This document shows, piece after piece, positions 19,432 through 29,353 of a stretch of DNA of 64,000 nt. This DNA is from a virus: the IMG/VR virus record IMGVR_UViG_3300024346_000007; one strand, 5' to 3'. A model generated the notes under the pieces. That model did not search any database. It saw only the letters and a program-made list of their open reading frames with translations, and was not told where the DNA came from. The number at the start of each line of letters is the position of its first letter. Position 1 is the first letter of the stretch. A program made the translations under genes and the position numbers.

Positions 19432-21060
19432 TTAGATAGAGGCTAGATCAGCTACTGCTATCTTTCCGAAGAATTCAGCACGCAACATTTTCTTAGCATA
19501 CCTAGTCATCAGACCTTTCCTTGGTGTGAAAGTTTCTGGATCGTAGAGTAAAGGAGTCATGATCAATGGAATATAAGGAGCGAACACAGCACCTGTTTCA
19601 AGGAACTGGCTGCCTTTATAAGCCAAAAGAACAGTGTTTTCATTCATGTATGGGTTAACATACACTTTGTAACGGCTATTCAATTGACCAGCTTTGTGTG
19701 AACCCATTGCAAACTCTTCTCTGCTACCATCGGTATCAGCGGCATAGCCAGGGATAGATTCGATGATTGTAGCGATAGAAGGTCCGCACATGATAACGTT
19801 AGCTTGTCCACGAAGAGTCTTCTTGTGAATAGTACGAGCTACGCTTTGGATCTTTGTACCCAATGTAGCAAACCAGCCACCTTGTGTATTGTAGAATCCA
19901 GTTGAAGGAGCAGTCCAAGTTCCAGTTGCTTTATTGTAGAACGTATTGTTCGCAGCAGACCAGAATTCGGTAGTGTTTGCATTTTGGATCAACATGTCGA
20001 TGATCTCAAGATCGATTTCAAGAGAAATGTACTCAGAAAGAGTTGAAGTCAATTCAGCTTCAGCATCCAAAGATTGGTATGCGTTCAAATCTTGACTAAA
20101 TTCCGGAGTCCACTTAGCTTTTAATTTCCTTGTTTTAGCAACAACTGCCTCAGAACGCATTTCTACGTTGATTTCAGGGATTGCATTAGATCCAGTTAAT
20201 GGGCTAGATGCTGCATCTTCGAAGTCACCACGGCTGTTATCAGCAGGTTGCTTTTGATAGAATACTGCTCCAGAACCAGATCCAAGGTTTACTTGACCTG
20301 CAGAACCAGATACAACGAAAGAAAGAGTGCCGTTAGAAGCGTATGAAGTAAACTCAGCAAGCAAGTTGCTTTCGTTAACACCGCTACCAGTTACAACAAA
20401 TCCACGAACACCGTTAGTATCCATACCAGAAAGCGCAACAGTTGCAGTTGTGATAGACAACTTACGTAGTTGACCAGCAGCTGCAGAAGCACTGTAAAGA
20501 GAATTGAAGTTAACGTCAGCTGCAGATGCAGTTGTGATTACATAGTTAGCAGAAGCAGAAGCTTCGTTAATTGAGTAACCGAAACGACCAGCACCATAAA
20601 GACCACCAGAAGGATCAACATCTTTAACGTTGGTTGTACCATACATGCTATCACCAGAAGTAAATCTGTTAGCTTGTGCTGTACCTGGTACGTTAGTACC
20701 ATACTTGAATTCAAGGAAGAATACAAGACCAGCAGGGAGGGTCATTGGTTGTACACTAACAAATTCTTTAGCAGAAATGTCAGCGAAGATCTTACGCACG
20801 AGCGGAAGAGCTACACCAGCCCATTGTTCACCAGAACCAACGGTAAAAGAACCACCAGTACCAGTTTGAGATTGTTCAACCATAAGCTGTTTAGCTTGGT
20901 TTTCGAGGATGATAGCCATACGCTCTTTGCCGTATGGTTGCTTTGAAAGGTCATTACCTTCCAAAAGACCAGTTTCACCCCACTTCTTAACTAACCTTTG
21001 GGCTTCCGTCATTTGGGAAGCGTAAGGATTAGAACTTTCTAAGAGAGATTGTACGTTCAT
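19432..21060 (-). CDS. Major capsid protein (T4 gp23-like)
   Basis: LPLVRKIF, VSVQPMTLPAGLVF, AKTRKLKAKWTPEFSQDL, DAEAEL, EIDLEII, FAPYIPL, TFTPRKGLMTRY. Confidence 0.95.
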   Translation of the reverse strand: MNVQSLLESSNPYASQMTEAQRLVKKWGETGLLEGNDLSKQPYGKERMAIILENQAKQLMVEQSQTGTGGSFTVGSGEQWAGVALPLVRKIFADISAKEFVSVQPMTLPAGLVFFLEFKYGTNVPGTAQANRFTSGDSMYGTTNVKDVDPSGGLYGAGRFGYSINEASASANYVITTASAADVNFNSLYSASAAAGQLRKLSITTATVALSGMDTNGVRGFVVTGSGVNESNLLAEFTSYASNGTLSFVVSGSAGQVNLGSGSGAVFYQKQPADNSRGDFEDAASSPLTGSNAIPEINVEMRSEAVVAKTRKLKAKWTPEFSQDLNAYQSLDAEAELTSTLSEYISLEIDLEIIDMLIQNANTTEFWSAANNTFYNKATGTWTAPSTGFYNTQGGWFATLGTKIQSVARTIHKKTLRGQANVIMCGPSIATIIESIPGYAADTDGSREEFAMGSHKAGQLNSRYKVYVNPYMNENTVLLAYKGSQFLETGAVFAPYIPLIMTPLLYDPETFTPRKGLMTRYAKKMLRAEFFGKIAVADLASI

Positions 21061-21087
21061 TTTCTAATTTTTATTTTTGTTTTTAAA

Positions 21088-22170
21088 TTACTTGATTATA
21101 CCAGCAAGTTTCTGCCATCTTGATACTTGTTTATCAACATCGCCAACTACGCTTTCGTTTATAACACGTTTTGTTGAAGTACCAGCTGCGCTAGAAGCGA
21201 AACCGATAGATTCTTTAAGACCGGATTTAACATTATCGTTTTTAACGCTGAATGCTTGATCCAAAGATTCGTGAACGATCTTTGATTCATTAACAGTTTC
21301 AGCTTTGTCAAAAGCACTGATAACTTTAATCTTTTGTTGTTCTGACAAGTTGTACTTGCGAAGAATTTTATTCAGATAAAGAAGTTTAGCGTTGATCAAA
21401 TTGGTTTCATTAACCTTTTGAGTTAACTCAGCAGCTTGACGTCTAATTTCTTGAAGTTCTTCTGATTCTTTTGGTTCATCTTCTTTCTTTTCTTTAGCAG
21501 CTTTAGCTTGCTTCATTTTTTCAAGAAGACTCATCATCTCTTCTTCAAGAGTTGCAACTTCGTCTTTTTCTTCTTCTTTTTCTTCTTTTTCCTCATCATC
21601 ATCACCAGCAAGTTCAGCTAAAAGAGCTTGGATATCTATTTCTTCATCCATATCTTCTTTAGCTTCTTCTTCTTCGGCATCGTCTTTGTCCTCAGCTTCG
21701 TAAACTTCACCATCTTCTTCAGATTCTTTAGCCTCGTAAGCTTCATCTTCTTCTTCTTCAGGAGCTTCCATTACTTTATCATCTTTACCCATTTCGTCAG
21801 CTTCTAATTCTGCTAATAGTTCATCAAGATTGAATCCTTCGTCAGCTTCGTCTTCTTCAGATGATTTTTTCATTTCTTTTTCTTCTTCTTCTTCTCCTGC
21901 TTCATACTCATCACTTTCACCTGCTTCGTGTTCTTTAGATCCATCTTCTTCAGGTTCAGCAACTTTTTTCTTTTTCTCAAATAAAGCAGCTTCATCTTCC
22001 TCTTCGTATTCTTCTTCGAGGTCATCAGCTTCTTCTTCAAGACGTGCAGTAAGCATAGATTTGATTTTAGAATCAAAAGCTTCGTTTAAACTAGCCTTGG
22101 CATTCTCAATAGCCATTTTTTTGATAGCATCCGCATCTGCGATTGCTTCTTTGAGCAAATTTGTGTTCAT
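21088..22170 (-). CDS. Prohead core scaffold protein (gp22-like)
   Basis: Very acidic coiled-coil protein between the protease and MCP genes; C-terminal RWQKLAGI. Confidence 0.8.
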   Translation of the reverse strand: MNTNLLKEAIADADAIKKMAIENAKASLNEAFDSKIKSMLTARLEEEADDLEEEYEEEDEAALFEKKKKVAEPEEDGSKEHEAGESDEYEAGEEEEEKEMKKSSEEDEADEGFNLDELLAELEADEMGKDDKVMEAPEEEEDEAYEAKESEEDGEVYEAEDKDDAEEEEAKEDMDEEIDIQALLAELAGDDDEEKEEKEEEKDEVATLEEEMMSLLEKMKQAKAAKEKKEDEPKESEELQEIRRQAAELTQKVNETNLINAKLLYLNKILRKYNLSEQQKIKVISAFDKAETVNESKIVHESLDQAFSVKNDNVKSGLKESIGFASSAAGTSTKRVINESVVGDVDKQVSRWQKLAGIIK

Positions 22171-22307
22171 TTTCCTTAAAATTTGTTTTTTGGATTTACG
22201 CCTATTAGAGGTGCAATAGATTTTTTATATTTCAACTCTTTATAGAAAAGAGTATTAGGCGAATATTTCTATAATAAATATATAGAAATTATAAAAACCA
22301 ATCTTTT

Positions 22308-22315
22308 TATAAATA
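22308..22315 (-). promoter_or_regulatory. TATTTATA motif upstream of scaffold/MCP
   Basis: Intergenic; a TATTTATT variant is at 22273-22280. Confidence 0.5.
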
Positions 22316-22323
22316 TTTTTTAA

Positions 22324-22932
22324 TTAGCAGTGGCAAACACCGGTATTATTGCAAATTAAATCTTTAACTATCTTATCTATACTATCGTATGACTTTTTAG
22401 TTGCTTCATATCCTTCTCTGAGGCTTAGGTTGGCCCCTTGGGTTGATTCAAAGGACACTAAATCAAAGGTAAGAAGATTAAAATCATCATTAACAGTAAC
22501 GGTACCATCATGTGATTCTTGTACACTTCCCATACCTCTTGAACTAATACCTACTGGAATGCCTCTACGAAGCAATCCTGCGGCTATTCTGCCTGCTGGG
22601 AACTCATCTCCGTCTAGTATTTCAATATCTCCACATACATCATCTCCTTTCCAGTATATCTTCTTGATATTATGTGATACGTTCTTTAGATTCACTACGT
22701 TAGAATCACTGTGGTCTAGTTCTCCTAAAGCACGGTTAGCTTTTACCATAGTATCATTGTACTTATCTATCTCTCTCCTCAATACATCTGAAGGATATAC
22801 CCTGCCATTCCTATTTTTAGCATTAGAACGTTGTATAATCACTCCTGTGATCATCATAGGCTTACCAGGTTCGTATGCTTCTAATAGCTGATTCGGTAAT
22901 TGTATCTGATGGTATTCTGTAAGTACTTGCAT
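22324..22932 (-). CDS. Prohead protease (gp21-like)
   Basis: KNRNGRVYP, ALGELDH, NVSHNI, GISSRGMGS, FDLV. Confidence 0.92.
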   Translation of the reverse strand: MQVLTEYHQIQLPNQLLEAYEPGKPMMITGVIIQRSNAKNRNGRVYPSDVLRREIDKYNDTMVKANRALGELDHSDSNVVNLKNVSHNIKKIYWKGDDVCGDIEILDGDEFPAGRIAAGLLRRGIPVGISSRGMGSVQESHDGTVTVNDDFNLLTFDLVSFESTQGANLSLREGYEATKKSYDSIDKIVKDLICNNTGVCHC

Positions 22933-22943
22933 GTTGTATATAA

Positions 22944-25799
22944 TTATATTCCTTTTATTTTTTTGAAAATCATTTCATCTGTAACATTTTTTTCATCATT
23001 AGGGTCCTTATTGTCATCAGATATTCCTTTAGCTTGCCTAAACACAGATATTAAACCTTCTGCATTTTTTGCACTTCCCTTTGCTTTTATAGCATCTTTA
23101 AGCTGCGGTGTTATATTAGCAACCAATCTATCTAACTGGTCAGCTCCTTGACCTTTAGTTGCCACTGGCCCTTGTTCAGCTACTCTACCGCCTCTAGCAG
23201 TCAAAGAGTCTGGATTGTATGGCTGTGTAAGCTGTGATCCTAATGGAGAGTCAGAAGCATAGTCTAATTGATCTAGATCTGATACTTGATACCCTTCTGG
23301 TGCATATGAATTGAATATTGCTATTGCATCTACGCCCATTGCTTGTAGTTCATGTACTAGTTTAGATACTATAGCATGTTTAGCACTGCCGTTAGCGTGT
23401 GTGTAAGGATTATCACTGTCTTGAAAACCCCAATCATACTTCTTTAGATACTCTTCAAGACGCTTTTTTTTTACATCTTTACCTTGATATCCCCAATACT
23501 GGCTTACTTCGGCTTCTTTGATTGCCTCACGAATACGCTTACGAATATATGATTCCATTGCCTCGTTAGCAGGGCTAGGAAATACTTTATCTAGTACTTT
23601 ATTAAGAGGATCCATTGTATCTTGTATCTTTGTAACCTTCTTATCTGGGGCTTCGTATGTACCTGTAACGTTTCCGTTTTTAGTTCCAACAAACATTGCT
23701 TTTCCAGCACTAGTCAATTCTACTATTAGTTCATTTTTATCTTTATTGAACATAGCACTTTTTACAGTATCTGATACGTTTAATGTTTTGTCTGCGTCTG
23801 TAGGGTCTTGTATTATAAAAGAGACTCTAGAAGTTTCTATTTTTTTCTTATCTTCTTTAGATAAGTCTTCATCTATGTCCACTCTTTTCGCTTTCATTTC
23901 TGCTTTTTGATAAACAGAATATCCAGGTCCCATTTTTTTAGCTATTTCCATAGCTTCTACTCTATCATCGGTTCCAAGAGGCCCACCATCAGCATCTCTC
24001 AATAATCTACCGTTTGGATACTTCTCCGTATCATTTTTATCTACTATATAATATTTGTACGTTAGATCAGATGGGTTTATAGTTGCCATTTTAACTCCCA
24101 TATTAACAGGTACGCTTATAAACCTACCCATTTGCTTAACAGTTTTCATTTCTGGCTTTTCTGCCTTTACTTTATCTTGAGTAGCTTTTTCTTTACCGGG
24201 TTCAGATCTAAAAGTAGTTAGTACTTTTGTAAGATCACTTTTTTGACCTACTGGGCTTTTGCTTTTTAATACTATGCTTCCTTTTCTAACTGGGCCAACA
24301 GACATCTTTTGGTTAAATTGAAGAGGTACTCCAACTTCAATATCTTCAAAAGCTATATCTTTATTGTCAGGATCAGACTTAACAAATTTAAGTATCTGAC
24401 CTACACTCATGTCTGCTACATTTTCTTTTCCGCCATCTATTGTTAGCCCTACTTTATACTTAGGACCTTCATCAGCTTTAGCTATAGTTGGCTCATCTAC
24501 TGGTTTATCTTTAGAAGCTTTTGGCTCTTCCTTATAATCTTCAATAGATTTAAATCCGCTTTCTAAACCTTTTGCAGATTTAAAGTTTCTAACTTGAGTA
24601 TCTGTGAGACTTATAATATACTCCCCTGTAGCTGTTTCTCCTTTATCATCAATATTCTTTTTAGCTACTTTACTGTTAATTAAAGTACCATCTAGTTTGC
24701 TTCCTGGAATGGTTTTAATTAGATACTTCTTCCTTGCTTCTTCCTCGTTTAAAAAAGAACTTTCTTTAAGGCTTTTCATATTATCGTATATTAATTTTAT
24801 CATTTTATATAGGTCACCTTTATTATCTTTGTCTAATCTATTTTTTATTATATACTCTATAGCAGCATCTCTTTCTGATTCTTTTTCTATAGAATCAAAC
24901 AACTTATTCAGAAATATTTTTATAGAGTTTCCTACTTCTTCTTTTGCTTTTTTCTTTTCTGCGTCTGGTATTGATGTTGTTTTTGATAGATCATAATTGT
25001 TTTTTATCTTATTTAATATTCTATCATTGTCTAATACAAACCCAGAGGCAGCTGCTTTATCTTCTTTAGAAAAATTATCTGCTACATCCGTTGTTTTAGA
25101 AGCTTGGGGCTCCGGTATTTCCTCATCTGCTGGTTCTTCCATGTCAGCTTCATCATAAAGAAAACTAAGATCTACGTCTAGAGGCTCTTCTTCATCACCA
25201 GTTGATGTAGCAGGTGTTGATTTTACCCTCTTAAGTTTTTGCTTTTCTCTATCAGTTAAAAAACTATTAAAAGTAAATAAGTCCATAGGCCTTTTACTTA
25301 AACCTTCAGAAATATCTTTTATAGGAACTAGTACTAGCTTTATCTTATCTTTTTGTTCATTAGTTAATCCTTTAACTACATCCTCTTTTAGATATATGTA
25401 ATAAGTATGGTCCGCACCAGTCCTTCTTCCAAATCTAGCCTTTGGTATAGTTATATAGTATATGTCTATGTAATGATTAGGTTCTGAGCTGGTAGGTGAT
25501 ACTAAGGTCGATACTTTAGGATTTACATTTTGTTTTAGATCTTTAAAATCTTGCTCTGAAATAGACCTATATATAGTGTATATTTTTTGACGTACCCCTT
25601 TAGTAAGGTTGTTAAATCTTATTTCGTGTACCGATCCTGCCTTATATGAAGATTTTAACCCTTCTGGGTTTATATTTAATCCGTATGTTTTTGAAGCTTT
25701 TTTAGGAGGCTCCATTTCATCCCTCGTCCGTCTCTTCCTTTTTATAGGATCTTCTTCGGCTTCGTTAAAGAAATCATATATTTCAGACTGTAGGCCCAT
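22944..25799 (-). CDS. Large charged hypothetical protein, 951 aa; possibly an internal head protein
   Basis: Long ORF in the head module; K/E/D-rich with several (L/I)xE sites. Confidence 0.55.
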   Translation of the reverse strand: MGLQSEIYDFFNEAEEDPIKRKRRTRDEMEPPKKASKTYGLNINPEGLKSSYKAGSVHEIRFNNLTKGVRQKIYTIYRSISEQDFKDLKQNVNPKVSTLVSPTSSEPNHYIDIYYITIPKARFGRRTGADHTYYIYLKEDVVKGLTNEQKDKIKLVLVPIKDISEGLSKRPMDLFTFNSFLTDREKQKLKRVKSTPATSTGDEEEPLDVDLSFLYDEADMEEPADEEIPEPQASKTTDVADNFSKEDKAAASGFVLDNDRILNKIKNNYDLSKTTSIPDAEKKKAKEEVGNSIKIFLNKLFDSIEKESERDAAIEYIIKNRLDKDNKGDLYKMIKLIYDNMKSLKESSFLNEEEARKKYLIKTIPGSKLDGTLINSKVAKKNIDDKGETATGEYIISLTDTQVRNFKSAKGLESGFKSIEDYKEEPKASKDKPVDEPTIAKADEGPKYKVGLTIDGGKENVADMSVGQILKFVKSDPDNKDIAFEDIEVGVPLQFNQKMSVGPVRKGSIVLKSKSPVGQKSDLTKVLTTFRSEPGKEKATQDKVKAEKPEMKTVKQMGRFISVPVNMGVKMATINPSDLTYKYYIVDKNDTEKYPNGRLLRDADGGPLGTDDRVEAMEIAKKMGPGYSVYQKAEMKAKRVDIDEDLSKEDKKKIETSRVSFIIQDPTDADKTLNVSDTVKSAMFNKDKNELIVELTSAGKAMFVGTKNGNVTGTYEAPDKKVTKIQDTMDPLNKVLDKVFPSPANEAMESYIRKRIREAIKEAEVSQYWGYQGKDVKKKRLEEYLKKYDWGFQDSDNPYTHANGSAKHAIVSKLVHELQAMGVDAIAIFNSYAPEGYQVSDLDQLDYASDSPLGSQLTQPYNPDSLTARGGRVAEQGPVATKGQGADQLDRLVANITPQLKDAIKAKGSAKNAEGLISVFRQAKGISDDNKDPNDEKNVTDEMIFKKIKGI

Positions 25800-25800
25800 C

Positions 25801-26355
25801 CTATTTGTCCTTTTTAGGAGCTTTTTTCTTAGGGGCGTTCTTCATTTGATTTTCCTTATCTTTAAAATTATTCTTTTTAATTTCAATAGGAAGATCATTA
25901 CGATTCTTTTTCTTCGCTTTGTACTCGATCATATCAAGACGAGTATAATAGTTTGGATCCTCAGCAAGATGGTCTAAAGCGATTTCTTTTGCTTTATCAA
26001 TGTCGTCAGTATGCTCAAGCTCATGCTTCCATCCTTTCGTAAACTCATAATAGTTTACATCATCAGCTGTTAGCTTATCTCCTTTACCACCTTTAAGTTT
26101 TTGCTTTTTACCTTCGGTAAGAGATTCCTGTAGTGCTTTAAACGCACTAAAGAAATTATAGCCAGTCTTTATTTCTGATTTAGCGTTGGGGTCAGATATG
26201 TGTCCTCTTCCTTTCAATTTAGATACAGTATCTTTATATGACATTGTGTTGGTCAACATATCATTGTACGTAGGGTTTCTCCTAACGTGCCAAAGAAATT
26301 CTGATTCAGTCATTTGCTCATTCAATACCTTTTGGTATAATTGCTGTGTTGTCAT
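25801..26355 (-). CDS. Hypothetical head-module protein with a HELEHT...ALDHLAEDPNYY motif (DUF5661-like)
   Basis: Motif recognised from memory; family assignment tentative. Confidence 0.55.
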   Translation of the reverse strand: MTTQQLYQKVLNEQMTESEFLWHVRRNPTYNDMLTNTMSYKDTVSKLKGRGHISDPNAKSEIKTGYNFFSAFKALQESLTEGKKQKLKGGKGDKLTADDVNYYEFTKGWKHELEHTDDIDKAKEIALDHLAEDPNYYTRLDMIEYKAKKKNRNDLPIEIKKNNFKDKENQMKNAPKKKAPKKDK

Positions 26356-26588
26356 TATAGTTCCTTTTTAAATAGTCTTTTATATTCTAGAGCTAAGTCA
26401 ATATCTTCAGACTCAGCAACTTTTTTCTTCATTAATCCTTTTTTTCTCTTAGCCTTAGTCCCACCTGCACCGCCAAACCCAAATTTAGTAGCCATGCCTT
26501 CTCCTTCTCCTGGATTAGCATGTCCTTGATCTGCTGCTGGAGCTCCTCCGCCTGTAGAAGACATCTCTTTCATATCTTTCTTAGACAT
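26355..26588 (-). CDS. Small Gly/Lys-rich hypothetical protein
   Basis: Overlap-coupled to neighbours in the head module. Confidence 0.55.
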   Translation of the reverse strand: MSKKDMKEMSSTGGGAPAADQGHANPGEGEGMATKFGFGGAGGTKAKRKKGLMKKKVAESEDIDLALEYKRLFKKEL

Positions 26589-27423
26589 TTTCCATCTCTT
26601 TTTCTAGTTCATAATAATGAAGTAGGTTTTCTAAGTCTAGATCACAAACTTGCTTGTGTTGTGGTATAGGCTTTATTATGTTTACTACTTCCTGTAGCTT
26701 AACTTTCCTCACTTCATCTGATATTTTAGATGATAGATTGGTTAATTTAGTCTTTAGTTTTGTAAATTCTTCATTTACATATTCTTTAAAAGTATCAGGA
26801 GTTGATATATTATTTATATATTCTTTTAAAAGCTTCTTCTGTTTTGAGTTAAACTGAGTATACTTCTCGTTGAATTTCTGTACCATTAGCTTATACACTA
26901 AAGCTTTGGTGCCTTTATCGTAACCCTCGTATTCTTCCAATACCGGGTCTTTGCTCTTGGTTTTTACACCATCGCAAATGTCTTCCATAATGGAAAACTT
27001 ATATTTCACTTGGTTTTCAGGATCAATATTGTCAGATTGGTACATCTCAAACATCATATATACAGATGCTAAAGTCTTGTAGTTGTCAATCTTAGATTTA
27101 AAGAACTCCTCAATGTCGTAGTTCTCCTTAATCTGAGATATTAGCTTATACTTTTGAGTATTTAGAAGGCTCTTATTAAGCTTCTTATGTGCTTCTATAG
27201 CAGATTCTATGACAATATTGGCTTTTGCTTCGGATAGGTTCTTGTTGTTCAAAAGAGCCTTGTATATCTTATACTCCTTAGCAATAGCGTTATTGTTAAA
27301 GTTGTTTTTCAGAATGTCCACGGCTTTGGATTCCCTGTTATTAAGCGTATCACTAGTGATTTGCCTAACAAGCAATTCAAACAAAAGGCCGGTATTCCGA
27401 AGTTTATTATGTTTAAGCTTCAT
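26581..27423 (-). CDS. Hypothetical helical protein immediately downstream of the portal gene
   Basis: 280-aa ORF with a TATTTATA motif upstream. Confidence 0.6.
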   Translation of the reverse strand: MKLKHNKLRNTGLLFELLVRQITSDTLNNRESKAVDILKNNFNNNAIAKEYKIYKALLNNKNLSEAKANIVIESAIEAHKKLNKSLLNTQKYKLISQIKENYDIEEFFKSKIDNYKTLASVYMMFEMYQSDNIDPENQVKYKFSIMEDICDGVKTKSKDPVLEEYEGYDKGTKALVYKLMVQKFNEKYTQFNSKQKKLLKEYINNISTPDTFKEYVNEEFTKLKTKLTNLSSKISDEVRKVKLQEVVNIIKPIPQHKQVCDLDLENLLHYYELEKEMENV

Positions 27424-27438
27424 TGTATATTGATCTTC

Positions 27439-27446
27439 TATAAATA
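27439..27446 (-). promoter_or_regulatory. TATTTATA motif
   Basis: In the 26-nt gap after the portal gene. Confidence 0.55.
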
Positions 27447-27449
27447 TTA

Positions 27450-29306
27450 CTAAATATCGTGATTAATAAGGTTACTTTCATCTAATAGCCCTGATTCTTG
27501 ATCTTTTTGTTCATATAGAACAATTTTCTTTTTTCTTTTGCCTTCTAGGCCTCTCAGAGCGGACTCTAATGCAAACGGTTTTACTTTATCTACCCTAGTT
27601 TTGTCAAACGGAGTGTCTGGTTTCATACCTTTAGAACCTAGCGGATCCCTACCAAAAGCAGATTTATCGCTTTTAAATATAGATGCTTTCTCTTTAGGTC
27701 TGCCTACTGGGTTTTTTTCAAACTCATCGTATGGATCTGGCACATCTAGATTAGGATCTTCCTTCCCACCATCTGAATATACAGATGCTAAGTCGTGTGG
27801 CGTACCATAAGACTCTCCAGAGATAGAAGGGTCGTTACCTTCATTTTCTATTTGGTTATATCTGAAGGTTCTCTTGACGTCTTCTGCTATAAGATCTCTC
27901 TGTTCGTTAATCTGATCTTCGGACATCTGGAATATCTTATCTCCGACCCAATCAGAAGAGAATAGCTTCTTATCCATGATATTTCCAGCAAGATCAACCT
28001 TCTCTTTAAGGAGGGCTATCTTTTCTTGTTCGTAGATTATCGATGGGTTATTCAATTCAAGGTTAAAATTAAGAAGATCAGCGTCTTCAAAACCTTGAAC
28101 ATATAGATGAATTATCGCTATTTTTTCTAATTCACTGATTATAATCCTCTGTAAACGTTCAACTGTGCGACTAAACCTTACATCTAATGCACTAATAGTT
28201 GATTTACCGTTAAGCTCGTCTGAGTAGTTTAGGAACGATTTAGGCACTTTCATAGAACCTAGCATAAGATCCCTAAGGAACTCAACGTCTTCTATACCAG
28301 CGTACTCTAAGCCTTTTGTAGTGTCTATCTTTGTAGTATTGTCTCCAGGTCTTACAGGGATGTAGAAGTCTTCCATCATGTTCTGTACATTGAACTTCAG
28401 GTTATAGTCTCCTGTTTGTTGATCTACAAATGGAGTTTTCTTCATTCCAGTAATAGTCTGTTGTACAAACGCATTAACTTCATTAGGAGGTATATTACCT
28501 ACGTTAATGTAGAATACACGCTTCTCAGGAGCCCTCATAATCCTATGCAATAGCATAGCATCCATCATAAGGGTATACTGCTTAAAATACTTCCTTGCAG
28601 GCTCTATATAAGATCTACCAAAAGGAAGATAGTTTGTATCAGTTAATAATCTAAAGTGAGCTATCTCAAAGTTCTCAAAAGACTCTTTATTTTTAGTAGC
28701 AGTGGTTCCACCAGCTACAGCAACTGGGTCATATATGAATTTAATATATGATGGGTTATTTGGATCTTGTCCTTCTTCACGAATCATATCATATACTGAT
28801 AAAGGTCTTACCCCATATACTCCAAACTTCTCAGCAATATCTAATTTCAAAAAGAAGTCACCATATTTACACATAGACCTTATCCACATAGGTAGATTAA
28901 ATTCTACATTTAATACCTGATAGAATAGATTGTATAAGATTTTCTGGATATTCTCATTAGAACTTCTGATCTTTAGAACTTCGTTAGTGTCTCCTTTTAG
29001 GGTAGCTTCTTCACATAATATATCCAGTACTGAAGATACTAGACCGTCTGTGTCCATGGCTTCATAGTCTGCGTACAACTGGAGTCTTAGAGTTTGGTAG
29101 TTTAACGTTGGGTTAAACTGCATCCTTTGACCTGCTTTATGTAGCCTTGTGAATCTATCTACTAGAGAGTTTGTCTGCAGCTGTCCGAAAGATTGTATTC
29201 TCTCTACGTCCATTACTCGCAGCTGCTTACCTCCAACATTTCTTACGACAACGTCAGTGGAGAATAAACGTTTGAGCCTGGGAAAAAGCGACTTATCTAC
29301 CGGCAT
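27450..29306 (-). CDS. Portal protein (T4 gp20-like)
   Basis: DAMLLHRIMRAPEKRVFYINVGNIPP, MMEDFYIPVR, DVRFSRTVERLQ. Confidence 0.93.
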   Translation of the reverse strand: MPVDKSLFPRLKRLFSTDVVVRNVGGKQLRVMDVERIQSFGQLQTNSLVDRFTRLHKAGQRMQFNPTLNYQTLRLQLYADYEAMDTDGLVSSVLDILCEEATLKGDTNEVLKIRSSNENIQKILYNLFYQVLNVEFNLPMWIRSMCKYGDFFLKLDIAEKFGVYGVRPLSVYDMIREEGQDPNNPSYIKFIYDPVAVAGGTTATKNKESFENFEIAHFRLLTDTNYLPFGRSYIEPARKYFKQYTLMMDAMLLHRIMRAPEKRVFYINVGNIPPNEVNAFVQQTITGMKKTPFVDQQTGDYNLKFNVQNMMEDFYIPVRPGDNTTKIDTTKGLEYAGIEDVEFLRDLMLGSMKVPKSFLNYSDELNGKSTISALDVRFSRTVERLQRIIISELEKIAIIHLYVQGFEDADLLNFNLELNNPSIIYEQEKIALLKEKVDLAGNIMDKKLFSSDWVGDKIFQMSEDQINEQRDLIAEDVKRTFRYNQIENEGNDPSISGESYGTPHDLASVYSDGGKEDPNLDVPDPYDEFEKNPVGRPKEKASIFKSDKSAFGRDPLGSKGMKPDTPFDKTRVDKVKPFALESALRGLEGKRKKKIVLYEQKDQESGLLDESNLINHDI

Positions 29307-29335
29307 AATTATTAGTAATTTATCATTTTAATATA

Positions 29336-29343
29336 TATAAATA
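29336..29343 (-). promoter_or_regulatory. TATTTATA motif upstream of the portal gene
   Basis: Intergenic. Confidence 0.55.
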
Positions 29344-29353
29344 TCGAGTATTA

